DNA of 64,000 bases. Origin: an uncultured virus (IMG/VR IMGVR_UViG_3300008114_000015). Lineage: Duplodnaviria > Heunggongvirae > Uroviricota > Caudoviricetes. Below are positions 10,577-19,770 of this stretch, piece by piece. The notes under the pieces are model-generated. The model did no database searches. It was not told the origin of the DNA and saw nothing but the letters and a program-made list of their open reading frames with translations. The stretch's first letter is position 1. Every line of letters starts with the position of its first letter. The position numbers and the translations under genes are program-made. The DNA lies in IMG/VR virus record IMGVR_UViG_3300008114_000015. One strand, written 5' to 3'.

Positions 10577-11028
10577 GTGAAGATTTAATTGCGGAAACTT
10601 TTGGAGACCTTTACTACCCAGGTAGTAAAAGAAAACGCAGAGAACCAAAAGTAGAAGAGCCGGTAGACACCTCGTGGGATAAACACCCACGACCTACTGT
10701 GCTTCCCAATGGCAAAGAAATAGATTTGTTCACAATTGGTGCGTTAGCAATAGCCTTAGGGCGACCTGTAATAACAATCAAATTGTGGATGAAAGAGGGT
10801 CACCTGCCAACCTCTCCGTATCGATTACCGACGAAAGTCGACAAGAACGGTAAGGATCGGCAAGGAAGACGCCTCTACAGCAGGTCGATGATTGAATCAG
10901 CAATCGAGGTATTTACTAAGTTTGGCGTTTTGCACGTGAAGCGTATAGACTGGGAGAAGTACCGAAAGGTTACTGAAGAAATCGCCAAGGCGTGGGAGAA
11001 ATCTCGTGCCGAGGAAACTGCAAACTGA
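10573..11028 (+). CDS. MerR-like HTH DNA-binding protein
   Basis: FTIGALAIALGRPVITIKLWMKEGHLP...GRRLYS. Confidence 0.7.
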   Translation: MSEDLIAETFGDLYYPGSKRKRREPKVEEPVDTSWDKHPRPTVLPNGKEIDLFTIGALAIALGRPVITIKLWMKEGHLPTSPYRLPTKVDKNGKDRQGRRLYSRSMIESAIEVFTKFGVLHVKRIDWEKYRKVTEEIAKAWEKSRAEETAN

Positions 11029-11052
11029 TGAAACAACTGACAAAGGAGAAAA

Positions 11053-11724
11053 ATGGGTATAAACCCAACAGCACCGGATGTTTCGACATACGGTCAAGCA
11101 ATTGACGAAGCTTCATTAATTGAGGCTCGTCCAACTAACGCAACATCTACCGCCGTTCAAGGCGGATGGGAAGCAGCAGAGAAACTTGTTACAACAACTC
11201 TTAAAGAGTTTCCTGTTGAGTACAAGCACTCAAACACTTTCCAACTAATCAAGTTCATTGATCTCAGTGGACCATTTGCTAGCTATCGCCAGCATTTCCT
11301 AAAGGATAAAGAGGGTCGCAAGTCCTATGTATGGGACGGAGTCGGCGCTTACGATCCATTGGAAACCATCCTAAAAAGCAAGCCAGAAATTAAGCGTGCT
11401 TTTTCTATTGTCAATCTGTCCGCTAAGCCATTCCAACGACAGATGATTATTGCAAGTCCAAGACTTTACAAAACGTTGCATGCTGCAGAGTTTTCGCCAC
11501 AGGGTCCTTTAACAAAGAACTACTGGGCGTTAAGTCGCACGGGAGAGAAGCAACAAACTGTCTACAACTTGATGGCAGTCAAGGCTCGTGATCTTCAAGA
11601 AGATTGGGGTCTGAGTGTTGAGGAAGTCGAAGCTGCAATCGCAGGGTTCCAGCCGTTCACTATCGCCGATATCCGTCAGGATAATTTCGCTGCGCTAGAA
11701 GAACTCGCAAAGAGCCTGCTCTAA
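11053..11724 (+). CDS. Putative single-stranded DNA-binding protein (gp32-like)
   Basis: LIKFID...SYRQHF and LSRTGEKQQTVY patterns; acidic tail; immediately upstream of the polymerase. Confidence 0.5.
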   Translation: MGINPTAPDVSTYGQAIDEASLIEARPTNATSTAVQGGWEAAEKLVTTTLKEFPVEYKHSNTFQLIKFIDLSGPFASYRQHFLKDKEGRKSYVWDGVGAYDPLETILKSKPEIKRAFSIVNLSAKPFQRQMIIASPRLYKTLHAAEFSPQGPLTKNYWALSRTGEKQQTVYNLMAVKARDLQEDWGLSVEEVEAAIAGFQPFTIADIRQDNFAALEELAKSLL

Positions 11725-11735
11725 ACAAATAGATG

Positions 11736-11772
11736 TCTGAAGGCGCTAGACGATCCCCCTAGCGCTTTCAGA
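11736..11772 (+). terminator. Stem-loop between the SSB-like gene and the polymerase
   Basis: TCTGAAGGCGCTAG...CTAGCGCTTTCAGA inverted repeat; no clear U-tract. Confidence 0.45.
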
Positions 11773-11788
11773 CCTTAGGGGACACTAA

Positions 11789-13744
11789 ATGAATATAATT
11801 ACATCTCAAGAACAATTACAGGAGATGGTGGAGTATTACCTTGGACAAGATGCCCTGGCCTTTGATGTTGAGACGGTCGGAGATCGTAGAGGCGACACTC
11901 CTGTTAATGAAGTACTTTGGATCTCTTTTGCTACTCATGGTCGGTGCGACGTTATTCCTATGGGTCATCCAAATGGTGAATTACTTGATGTAATTTACCC
12001 TTTAACGGGTCAAGGAGAGAAGCGAGTACAAGCAGGATTACAGGCAAGACCAAGCGATTATTCTCGTGACGCAAAAAAATCTACCAAAGTTTTTTCTGAT
12101 CCACCTAAACAACTTTTTCCATCAGAGGTGTTTGCAGCGTTAAAGCCTCTATTGTTTGATAATAGTAAATTAACTATAGGTCACAATTTAGTGTTTGATC
12201 TTACTTCTGTGGCTAAATATTACGGGGGAGAAATACCTCCCGGTCCTTACTTTGACACAATGATTGCTTCATTTCTTTACGACAATAGAAATAAAAATAA
12301 GTGCAGTCTTGCTGAGTGCTTAAAACGCGAATTAGGTTTTCATATGGAGAAGGGCGTAGGCGCTGAGGTTGAACGTTACTCTTTTACAGAAGTAGCAAAG
12401 TATGCGTATTTAGACGCCAAATACACATTTCTATTGTGGAAGGTTGTTGCACCTAAATTAAAAGAAAGTAATGTAGAAAACATAATGGCTTTGGAAATGG
12501 ATGTTCTTGCCGTTCTGTGTGACATGAAGTTAACCGGAGCACCTATAGATAGATCAGCGTTAGAAGAACTTGATACCTCTCTAACGGAAGATATTGAGAA
12601 AGCCAAAGCAGAAATCTTTAAAGTTGCCGGCAGACAATTTAACATTAATTCAAACGCTGAAAAGCAAACTTTGCTTTACAGTCCAGTATCCCAAGGTGGT
12701 AGAGGACTTAAGCAAACTTTGTTAACAAGTACAGGTAACGCATCTGTTTCATCAGAGGCACTAGAGGAGTACCGAGACAAGGACCCTTTAGTTACTGCAC
12801 TGCTAACTTATGCTGACTTAAACAAGTTGCATAGTACTTATGTTGTTCCCTACTTAGGGGGAAATGTCACAAGAACAACTGGAGGTAAGTCCAAAGTTGA
12901 ATACAAACAAAGTTTGCTCATTAACAATAGAATCCACTGTAACTTCATACAGCATGGAGCTGAAACCGGACGGTTCTCGAGTCGAGACCCAAACCTCCAA
13001 AACGTTCCGGCTCCGCATACCGCTCACGGAAAAGCCATTAGAAACCTTTTCCAAGCACCAACTGGTTACAAATTCATTGTTGCGGATTACTCACAAATCG
13101 AGCCTAGGGTCATCGCATCACTATCCAAAGACCCAATCATGCTCGAAAATTACAAATCCGGAGGAGATATTTACACTGCTGTAGGAAACGAGATGGGCGT
13201 TGATCGTAAGGCAGGTAAAGTTTTAGTTCTTGCTATGTCTTATGGTGTTGGTCCAGAAAAAATCTCTAGGCAAATTGGTTGTACTAAACAAGAAGCCAGA
13301 GATTTATTAGATAGGTTTTCCGATCGTTTCCCTTCAATTAACAGGTACAGAACCAAGGTATTGGTTTCTACTAAAAAACTTGGTGACAAAGATAAACCAG
13401 TTCCATATGTAACAACTGTTCTAGGTCGTCGTAGATATCTTCCTGAAATGAACTCATCAGATAAGGGAGAGCGAGCTGGAGCAGAGCGTCAGGCGTTCAA
13501 CACTAAAATCCAAGGAACGGCTGCAGACGTAATAAAAATGGCTATGGTTCGAGCACACAAGCTCCTACCCACAGGGTCTAAACTTATACTTACAGTTCAC
13601 GATGAACTTGTGACTTTAGCCCCGGATAACCTGGTCGAACAGTCTGTAGAAGCAATCAGAACCGCTATGGAGGGCATAAATATGCTAGATGTTCCATTGG
13701 TAGCAGACATAACTGTAGTTGAGCGCTGGGGTGACGCTAAATAA
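11789..13744 (+). CDS. polA: Family A DNA polymerase with 3'-5' exonuclease
   Basis: FDVET, GHNLVFD, TGRFSSRDPNLQN, ADYSQIEPR, IQGTAADVIK, VHDEL motifs. Confidence 0.95.
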   Translation: MNIITSQEQLQEMVEYYLGQDALAFDVETVGDRRGDTPVNEVLWISFATHGRCDVIPMGHPNGELLDVIYPLTGQGEKRVQAGLQARPSDYSRDAKKSTKVFSDPPKQLFPSEVFAALKPLLFDNSKLTIGHNLVFDLTSVAKYYGGEIPPGPYFDTMIASFLYDNRNKNKCSLAECLKRELGFHMEKGVGAEVERYSFTEVAKYAYLDAKYTFLLWKVVAPKLKESNVENIMALEMDVLAVLCDMKLTGAPIDRSALEELDTSLTEDIEKAKAEIFKVAGRQFNINSNAEKQTLLYSPVSQGGRGLKQTLLTSTGNASVSSEALEEYRDKDPLVTALLTYADLNKLHSTYVVPYLGGNVTRTTGGKSKVEYKQSLLINNRIHCNFIQHGAETGRFSSRDPNLQNVPAPHTAHGKAIRNLFQAPTGYKFIVADYSQIEPRVIASLSKDPIMLENYKSGGDIYTAVGNEMGVDRKAGKVLVLAMSYGVGPEKISRQIGCTKQEARDLLDRFSDRFPSINRYRTKVLVSTKKLGDKDKPVPYVTTVLGRRRYLPEMNSSDKGERAGAERQAFNTKIQGTAADVIKMAMVRAHKLLPTGSKLILTVHDELVTLAPDNLVEQSVEAIRTAMEGINMLDVPLVADITVVERWGDAK

Positions 13745-14184
13745 TGTGGCGCAAAAAGAAACGCAAAAAACAAGATACCTTTGTAACCGAAATCCCTATG
13801 ACCACCTTAGCCAGGTGGTATTTCTATGACGCCGGGTTGGATGAACCTAACAAAATGGCTTCTGTGGTGGGGATGGTCCCAGACAGCATAGAGGGCAGTG
13901 AGATGGAAGAAGAAGCCAGCGATCTGAGGATTTCTAGGGTTTTGCCTCTTATCCCCTATATAGAGACCATGACAGAGATAAACGCTAGAAGCTTTGCAGA
14001 ACTTCAATTTGATCATTATTTTGAGACCCATCAGTTAGACCCTAAACAATTGACTGATGAAAAAGACGTTGTAGAAGAACTTTATAGGCAAGTCAGTTAC
14101 TCGGCTTTACTGTCGGCTTTTGCGGCTGCGCTAGAGTTAGGTATCATTAGCACCGATACCGTTAAAGGAGACATTCGCACATGA
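13744..14184 (+). CDS. Hypothetical protein
   Basis: 146 aa ORF coupled to polA. Confidence 0.6.
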   Translation: MWRKKKRKKQDTFVTEIPMTTLARWYFYDAGLDEPNKMASVVGMVPDSIEGSEMEEEASDLRISRVLPLIPYIETMTEINARSFAELQFDHYFETHQLDPKQLTDEKDVVEELYRQVSYSALLSAFAAALELGIISTDTVKGDIRT

Positions 14185-14540
14185 GTAGTTGGTGGGCTAA
14201 TAAATTAGGGACTCCGCAACCCCAAGCAAGACCAGCAAACCTTCCACCAATGCCTCCTTCTCAACAGCCAATGACTATGGCTCCACCAGCAAGACCGGCT
14301 CAACCAAATCTTCCGCAAAGTGCTGTACAAATTTCAGCGTGTCCAGAATGTCGCAGTAAAAATTATGGAAGCTTTGAGGGAGCTCGCGCTCGATGTTATG
14401 ACTGTGGTTATCCGTTAAAACAAAGTGGTAGCGGTCTTGGAAAAGGAATAAGTGTCCCAAATGCCGGTCCCACACAGGCCGCACTACAAATAGAAACAGG
14501 GGGTTGGAACCCCCAAGGGATTATTGGTAAACTGGGGTAA
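14181..14540 (+). CDS. Hypothetical Zn-ribbon protein
   Basis: CPEC...CYDCG; Pro-rich N-terminus. Confidence 0.6.
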   Translation: MSSWWANKLGTPQPQARPANLPPMPPSQQPMTMAPPARPAQPNLPQSAVQISACPECRSKNYGSFEGARARCYDCGYPLKQSGSGLGKGISVPNAGPTQAALQIETGGWNPQGIIGKLG

Positions 14541-15613
14541 TGAAATCTATGGCGCTAAATACGGACCTCTTAAAAGTAGTAGCAAAGTTAAACAAAAAGT
14601 TTGGTGATGACACTATTGTCATTGGATCAGACATACGCGACTTATCAGAAAGATTTACTAGCGGATCATTAGCGCTAGATGTTGCTTTAGGCGGAGGATG
14701 GCCCGCCAATCAATGGCATGAAATTATTGGAGAAGAGTCCAATGGTAAAACTGCTATTGCTTTCAAAACTATTGCGGCTAATCAAAAACGCGATCCTGAA
14801 TTTACAACAGTTTGGGTAGCAGCTGAGCAATGGGTTCCATCGTACGCAGAACTATGTGGCGTTGATGTGTCAAGAATTTTTGTCATCGAATCTAACATCA
14901 TGGAAGAAGTTTATGAAGCGGTTATTCAAATTGTTGAAAGCAAATCTATCGATTGCGTTGTTATCGACTCCCTTCCTGCTCTTGTACCTAGTGCAGAAAA
15001 TGAAAAAGAAATGGAAGAGTTCACAGTAGGTCGTGGAGCAATCATGACTAATAAGTTCTTTCGTAAAGTAGGTAAGGCATCAAAGAGAAGCCTTGTTGAA
15101 TCAGAAAGACCGTTTATTGGAATTATGATTAATCAATGGCGTGACAAAGTTGGAGTTATGTACGGAGATCCTCGCACTACTCCAGGAGGCAAAGGTAAGA
15201 ACTACAGTTACTTTACTCGAGTAGAGATTAAACGTGATGAGTGGATTGAAGTAGGAACTGGTGACGCTAAGCGTCGAGTTGGTCAGACAATCAAGGCTAG
15301 AACTTTGAAAAACAAGTCTGCCCCGCCATCTCAGACCGCTTATATGGATTTTTACTTTGCAGAAGGAGGATCTGTCAGTCCTGGGTCCTATGATTTTGCT
15401 AAAGAAATTGTTGCTTTAGGTATTCTAAATGGCGTAATTAAACGAGCAGGGGCTTATTACCGCTATGCCGAAAGGCAGTGGCAAGGCTCAGATGCTATGG
15501 TTGCCTCCATTAAAGAAGAGATCGACCTAAAAGAAACACTGGAGAAGGACGTTCTTGAAACCGTCAGAGCGAGCTCGAAGTACGTTGTCGAGCCGGAAGA
15601 CAATGCGGAGTAA
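14540..15613 (+). CDS. recA: RecA recombinase
   Basis: SGSLALDVALGGG, GEESNGKT, VVIDSLPAL, INQWRDKVGVMYGDPRTTPGG. Confidence 0.95.
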   Translation: MKSMALNTDLLKVVAKLNKKFGDDTIVIGSDIRDLSERFTSGSLALDVALGGGWPANQWHEIIGEESNGKTAIAFKTIAANQKRDPEFTTVWVAAEQWVPSYAELCGVDVSRIFVIESNIMEEVYEAVIQIVESKSIDCVVIDSLPALVPSAENEKEMEEFTVGRGAIMTNKFFRKVGKASKRSLVESERPFIGIMINQWRDKVGVMYGDPRTTPGGKGKNYSYFTRVEIKRDEWIEVGTGDAKRRVGQTIKARTLKNKSAPPSQTAYMDFYFAEGGSVSPGSYDFAKEIVALGILNGVIKRAGAYYRYAERQWQGSDAMVASIKEEIDLKETLEKDVLETVRASSKYVVEPEDNAE

Positions 15614-15941
15614 AGGACAAAAGGAGTCAAGGAAGCACGAGGAACGACTTGCAAAGAAGATCGGTGGAAAGCGTAATGCTGGAAGCGGAGCATTCTGGAG
15701 TCGTAAAGGCGATGTTAGATCCAAAGATTTGCTCGTAGAGCATAAGTGGACTGGCAAAGCCTCCGTATCCATCAAGGCTGCGGTTCTTGAAAAGATTGTC
15801 ACAGAAGCAATTCTGGACGGTCGAATGCCTGTCCTTGGCTTTCATCTTAACGGTGAAAACTATGTCATGCTGACCGAAGACGACTTTTTAGAGCTGCGCC
15901 AATACTTATTGGAGTGCTCTTGTACGAAGACGAAGGCGTAG
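15603..15941 (+). CDS. PD-(D/E)XK nuclease, Holliday-junction-resolvase-like
   Basis: HEERLAK...SGA...KGDV...LVEHK; likely ATG at 15603. Confidence 0.7.
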   Translation: MRSKGQKESRKHEERLAKKIGGKRNAGSGAFWSRKGDVRSKDLLVEHKWTGKASVSIKAAVLEKIVTEAILDGRMPVLGFHLNGENYVMLTEDDFLELRQYLLECSCTKTKA

Positions 15942-16240
15942 AAAAGTGGCGATACCAAGCCAAGTGTCGCGGCATGTGCTCAAGTCCCGAGACTGATTAC
16001 TGGTTTCCCCCTAGAGATAAAACTAAATATAAGCCTATTGCCGATAAAGCCAAGGCGGTTTGCTTTGGCAAGGATGGTAAGGCAGAATGTCCTGTGCGAA
16101 TAGAGTGCTTACTGTATTCGGACCAAAACGATGAACAACACGGCATATGGGGCGGTCTTAGCCACAGAGAGCGTAATGCTCTTAAGCGTAAGGCGACCAA
16201 GAACGGGAAGACACTCGAAGAATGGGTAAAGAAAAAGTAA
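15914..16240 (+). CDS. whiB: WhiB-family transcription factor
   Basis: W..QAKC, WFP, AKAVC...CPVRIECL, GIWGGLS..ER. Confidence 0.9.
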   Translation: MLLYEDEGVEKWRYQAKCRGMCSSPETDYWFPPRDKTKYKPIADKAKAVCFGKDGKAECPVRIECLLYSDQNDEQHGIWGGLSHRERNALKRKATKNGKTLEEWVKKK

Positions 16241-17079
16241 GACCATCAGGTGCGTTAAAAGCATTTTTGGCGACGGATAAAAGCAGTCGAGTAATTGGTC
16301 ACGTAGACAGATACTTACTTAGCAGACCTCCTTCAAATAGATCTTCATTAGTTATACATCCGTCTGAGATGGCATCCGCTTCTTGGTGTCACAGAGCTCA
16401 ATACTTTTGGTTAAAAGGTGAAAAGCCAAAGCACGAACCAGTTGGACTTCGCAGAGCATTGATATTTGCTCAAGGTCACAGTATTCACAAAACTTGGCAA
16501 AACTGGTTTCATGAGATGGGCAAATTAAAAGGAAAATGGTTTTGCACCGTATGTAAAAAAGAATATTTTGGTTTACCTTCTGACCACCCAGGTAAATGCA
16601 AGTACAACGTTGTTTACGAAGAAGTTCCTTTAAGTTTTGATCCGTTAAGGATTTCCGGTCACGCAGATGGATGGCTTGTCGAATTTGGTGACCCTCTTCT
16701 GTTAGAAGTTAAATCTATTGGAGAAGGCAGTATTCGTTGGTATGCACCAGAGATTGGCATGAACAATCCTGACTTTAAAAGCATGTGGGATGCTGTTAAG
16801 GCCCCGTTTCACGAGCATATCCAACAAGCTCAGATTTACATGAAGCTTATGGAATTAATGGGTCTACCTAATGCCCCTAAAGAAGCCTTGATTCTTTATG
16901 AAGCCAAAGGTTTGCACGAGGTAAAAGAGTTTGTAATTGCAAAAAGCGATTTTGGGGTGGCTGAGCTATTTGATCACGCTGCTCAAATCATTTCAGCAGT
17001 TGACGGGGGAGTACCCCCTACATGTAATATTAACGGCGTAGCCGGCTGTAACAAATGTAGCAATTACACGGAGGAGTAA
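16222..17079 (+). CDS. Cas4/RecB-like PD-(D/E)XK exonuclease
   Basis: IHPSE..WCHR, GHSIH, GHADG, LEVKS, QAQIYM and terminal Cys cluster. Confidence 0.8.
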   Translation: MGKEKVRPSGALKAFLATDKSSRVIGHVDRYLLSRPPSNRSSLVIHPSEMASASWCHRAQYFWLKGEKPKHEPVGLRRALIFAQGHSIHKTWQNWFHEMGKLKGKWFCTVCKKEYFGLPSDHPGKCKYNVVYEEVPLSFDPLRISGHADGWLVEFGDPLLLEVKSIGEGSIRWYAPEIGMNNPDFKSMWDAVKAPFHEHIQQAQIYMKLMELMGLPNAPKEALILYEAKGLHEVKEFVIAKSDFGVAELFDHAAQIISAVDGGVPPTCNINGVAGCNKCSNYTEE

Positions 17080-17081
17080 AC

Positions 17082-17573
17082 ATGGGAGAACTAGCAATCA
17101 ATGTTGGATCTAGCGAATCTATTATTGATGTATTAAAGAACCAAGGTCTCAACTTCTCCACACGTATGGAAATTGCAATACCTTCCGTGCCTACAGATAT
17201 AACTGAGTTAGACGACGAAGGTCTGATGAATCTATTTGCTGAACTAACTGCCTATGCCAATTTCCTATCTGCCCAATATTCTTGTGCTTTAATTGATGAA
17301 AAAAATGCAGAACAATCGCTTGATTTTCTTGAAAGTAAAAGATTTATTGCAGCTCATGAAAATAATAAAAAAGAAACCATAACGCTAACAAAGGCTCGAC
17401 TATCCGCAGACCCAGAGATAATCGAAATGAGAGAGGCGGTGTCAGCTAAATACGCCTACAAAAAACTAATTGAAGTTATGGTTAACAACATAGATAGAAA
17501 CACTCAATTAGTAAGTCGTGAGTTAACTAGACGCACATCTTCTTTTAATAAGAGTACAAGGATGTTCCCTTGA
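17082..17573 (+). CDS. Hypothetical helical protein (possibly UvsY-like recombination mediator)
   Basis: Helical, ends VSRELTRR; lies in the recombination module; function is a guess. Confidence 0.4.
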   Translation: MGELAINVGSSESIIDVLKNQGLNFSTRMEIAIPSVPTDITELDDEGLMNLFAELTAYANFLSAQYSCALIDEKNAEQSLDFLESKRFIAAHENNKKETITLTKARLSADPEIIEMREAVSAKYAYKKLIEVMVNNIDRNTQLVSRELTRRTSSFNKSTRMFP

Positions 17574-18139
17574 GACTAAAGTCTTTTGGACCCGGATACA
17601 CACACGGTTCTGATCTTTATATAGGCATTGATCAGTCCTATAGCGGATTTGCTATGACTGCTTTTGCTGAAGACGGCTCTTACAAAACCACAGTTGCTAG
17701 GTTTGAAACTCGTGGCCCTGAGCGCTTAAACGAAATTGAAAACCACATAATTGAAACCCTAAACGAGTCTATGGCAAATGCCGTAGTAAAAGATGTAGCC
17801 ATAGAAGGTTATGCATTTGGATCTCAAATGGCTAACATGTTAGGTGAACTTGGCGGAGTAGTTAAACTTACTTTGTATAAACTCAAAGGACTAGAGGCTG
17901 GAAAATACCCATTAATAGTCCCACCCACCAGCCTTAAGAAATACGTAACCGGTAAAGGACAAGGCACTTCAAAGAGCCAAATCCTCCTTAACGTATACAA
18001 GAAATGGGGCGCAGAGTTTACAGATGATAATGCTGCTGATTCATATGGTTTAGCACATATTGTTTCTGGAAAGGCTAAACTAAGCTACGAAAAAGAAGTT
18101 TACGATAAGCTGAACTCAGCAGAATATAGAGAGCGATAA
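17570..18139 (+). CDS. ruvC: RuvC-like resolvase
   Basis: IGIDQSYS, AIEGYAF, PPTSLKKYVTGKG, DDNAADSY. Confidence 0.85.
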   Translation: MRLKSFGPGYTHGSDLYIGIDQSYSGFAMTAFAEDGSYKTTVARFETRGPERLNEIENHIIETLNESMANAVVKDVAIEGYAFGSQMANMLGELGGVVKLTLYKLKGLEAGKYPLIVPPTSLKKYVTGKGQGTSKSQILLNVYKKWGAEFTDDNAADSYGLAHIVSGKAKLSYEKEVYDKLNSAEYRER

Positions 18140-18312
18140 TGCCAACTTACGAATATGTATGCGATAACTGCGGTGATCGCACTACCTTTATGCGAGGGTT
18201 TGACGAACCTGAGCAAGAATATTCATGCGAGTTGTGTAAAAGTACTTTAACTAGGATTTGGACAGCGCCCGGATTACATTTTAAAGGTGGCGGTTGGGGA
18301 GGACAAGGATGA
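18139..18312 (+). CDS. FmdB-like zinc-ribbon protein (57 aa, not in ORF track)
   Basis: MPTYEYVCDNCG...CELC...RIWTAPGLHFKGGGWGG. Confidence 0.8.
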   Translation: MPTYEYVCDNCGDRTTFMRGFDEPEQEYSCELCKSTLTRIWTAPGLHFKGGGWGGQG

Positions 18313-18551
18313 GCAAGACTCAGGATAAAAGAGCACAGCGCAAAGCAGAACAACAAGAGTTCATCAGAGCTAGGCGTATTCAACAGCTTTACTTATTTGA
18401 ACAGGCACTAGAAGCGGGCGTTCGGATTTACGAGACTAATAAAGAGAAACTGTCCGAGTCAGAGATTGAGGCAATCGAAAAGCAACTAGAGGAAAATAGA
18501 GCCCTAGTAGAGAAGTTAAAAAGTGAAATCGATTCGCCAACTAAAGCCTGA
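18309..18551 (+). CDS. Hypothetical coiled-coil protein
   Basis: ATGA overlap with the previous gene. Confidence 0.55.
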   Translation: MSKTQDKRAQRKAEQQEFIRARRIQQLYLFEQALEAGVRIYETNKEKLSESEIEAIEKQLEENRALVEKLKSEIDSPTKA

Positions 18552-18732
18552 TTACTCAGGATCTTTGGACTATCAAGACCAGGTCCTTCATGAATGCCCT
18601 GTATGCGAGTCAAATATATGGAATATCAAGGCTTGTTTTGAAGACTATGAGATATCCACGTATTTCCTAGACATGGAGTGTGCTTCTTGTGGCACTTTTG
18701 CCAAGGCTCCAACCCCTTTAGACAAACCCTAG
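18523..18732 (+). CDS. Small Zn-finger protein
   Basis: CPVC...CASCG. Confidence 0.55.
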   Translation: MKSIRQLKPDYSGSLDYQDQVLHECPVCESNIWNIKACFEDYEISTYFLDMECASCGTFAKAPTPLDKP

Positions 18733-18811
18733 GTTTAGCGTTACACCCTAATAAAGACCCCTCATAATTTACGTTAGGGAGACCCACTAAACGTACTCAG
18801 AGGTTCACAAC

Positions 18812-19084
18812 ATGTCTACAGAAGAACAGATCTTACGTGTAAGCGCAGGATCAAACCCACAATCCGTTGCCTCAGCAATTGCACACAGCGTGTATGAAAC
18901 ACGTGGATGCAAGATCAGAGCTGTAGGAGCCGGAGCAGTCAATCAAGCTGTAAAAGCCATTGCTATTGCTCGCGGTTACACCGCTCCACGAGGCATCGAT
19001 CTAGTATGCGTTCCAGGTTTTGCCAGCATCGAAAGCCATGATGGTCAGATTTCGGCCATCGTATTCGAAGTAAAAACCACGTAG
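18812..19084 (+). CDS. spoVS: SpoVS-family (Alba-like) protein
   Basis: LRVSAGSNPQSVASAIA...RAVGAGAVNQAVKAIAIARGY..P.GIDLVCVPGF. Confidence 0.9.
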   Translation: MSTEEQILRVSAGSNPQSVASAIAHSVYETRGCKIRAVGAGAVNQAVKAIAIARGYTAPRGIDLVCVPGFASIESHDGQISAIVFEVKTT

Positions 19085-19129
19085 TACTGGTACATTTTAA
19101 TTTCAACCCTTTGGCCAAAAGAGGTAACT

Positions 19130-19453
19130 ATGGAAGAATCAAGCAAGAGCAAGTTTGAAACTATGGGCACCAGCGCAGCTCGCGGATTCCGCAACGCTTC
19201 CGCTGAAGGCACCGGAAAAGCAAAACTTGTAAAGAAGAAGGGCGCACAAGCTGCGGACCCTTACAAGCAGGCAAAGCCTGCACGAACAAATAAAAAGGCA
19301 ACTGGTAAAGCTACTTATGGCGGAATCAAAGTTTCAATGCCTTCATATGCAGCACCGGAAGCCGGAATGACCCAAGCAAATGGTCGCTTGTTCTCGGCTG
19401 CTGTTCGTCGCACTGCCCCAAACTTTAAAGAGGGCATCAGCAGTCAATCCTAG
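19130..19453 (+). CDS. Basic hypothetical protein
   Basis: Lys/Ala-rich 107 aa ORF with GAGG RBS. Confidence 0.6.
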   Translation: MEESSKSKFETMGTSAARGFRNASAEGTGKAKLVKKKGAQAADPYKQAKPARTNKKATGKATYGGIKVSMPSYAAPEAGMTQANGRLFSAAVRRTAPNFKEGISSQS

Positions 19454-19470
19454 TAATACCTAGGCGGTTA

Positions 19471-19502
19471 GCCCCCCACCGTAAGGGGGGCATTCTATTT
19501 TG
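19471..19502 (+). terminator. Intrinsic terminator
   Basis: GCCCCCC-loop-GGGGGGC followed by ATTCTATTTT. Confidence 0.65.
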
Positions 19503-19536
19503 CACCCAATTACACGGCTGTGATTTAATACGTGCA

Positions 19537-19770
19537 ATGGAGATAACACCTACGCCAACTCCCATTGCTATTAACAGCAAGGGTTTTTGTTCTATGGGTC
19601 AATGGTTGGCAAACAAAGACGATCAATTACAACAAGAAATTATTGATCTATTATCAGAATCCGCGTCAACAGCAAGTTTGCATAGGTTTTTAATAGCAAA
19701 GTTTGATGATCTTGACGTAGGATTAACCACTTTTAAATCTCACAGAAATAAATGGTGCTCATGTCAATAA
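19537..19770 (+). CDS. Hypothetical protein
   Basis: 77 aa, ends HRNKWCSC; coupled to the phosphoesterase. Confidence 0.55.
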   Translation: MEITPTPTPIAINSKGFCSMGQWLANKDDQLQQEIIDLLSESASTASLHRFLIAKFDDLDVGLTTFKSHRNKWCSCQ

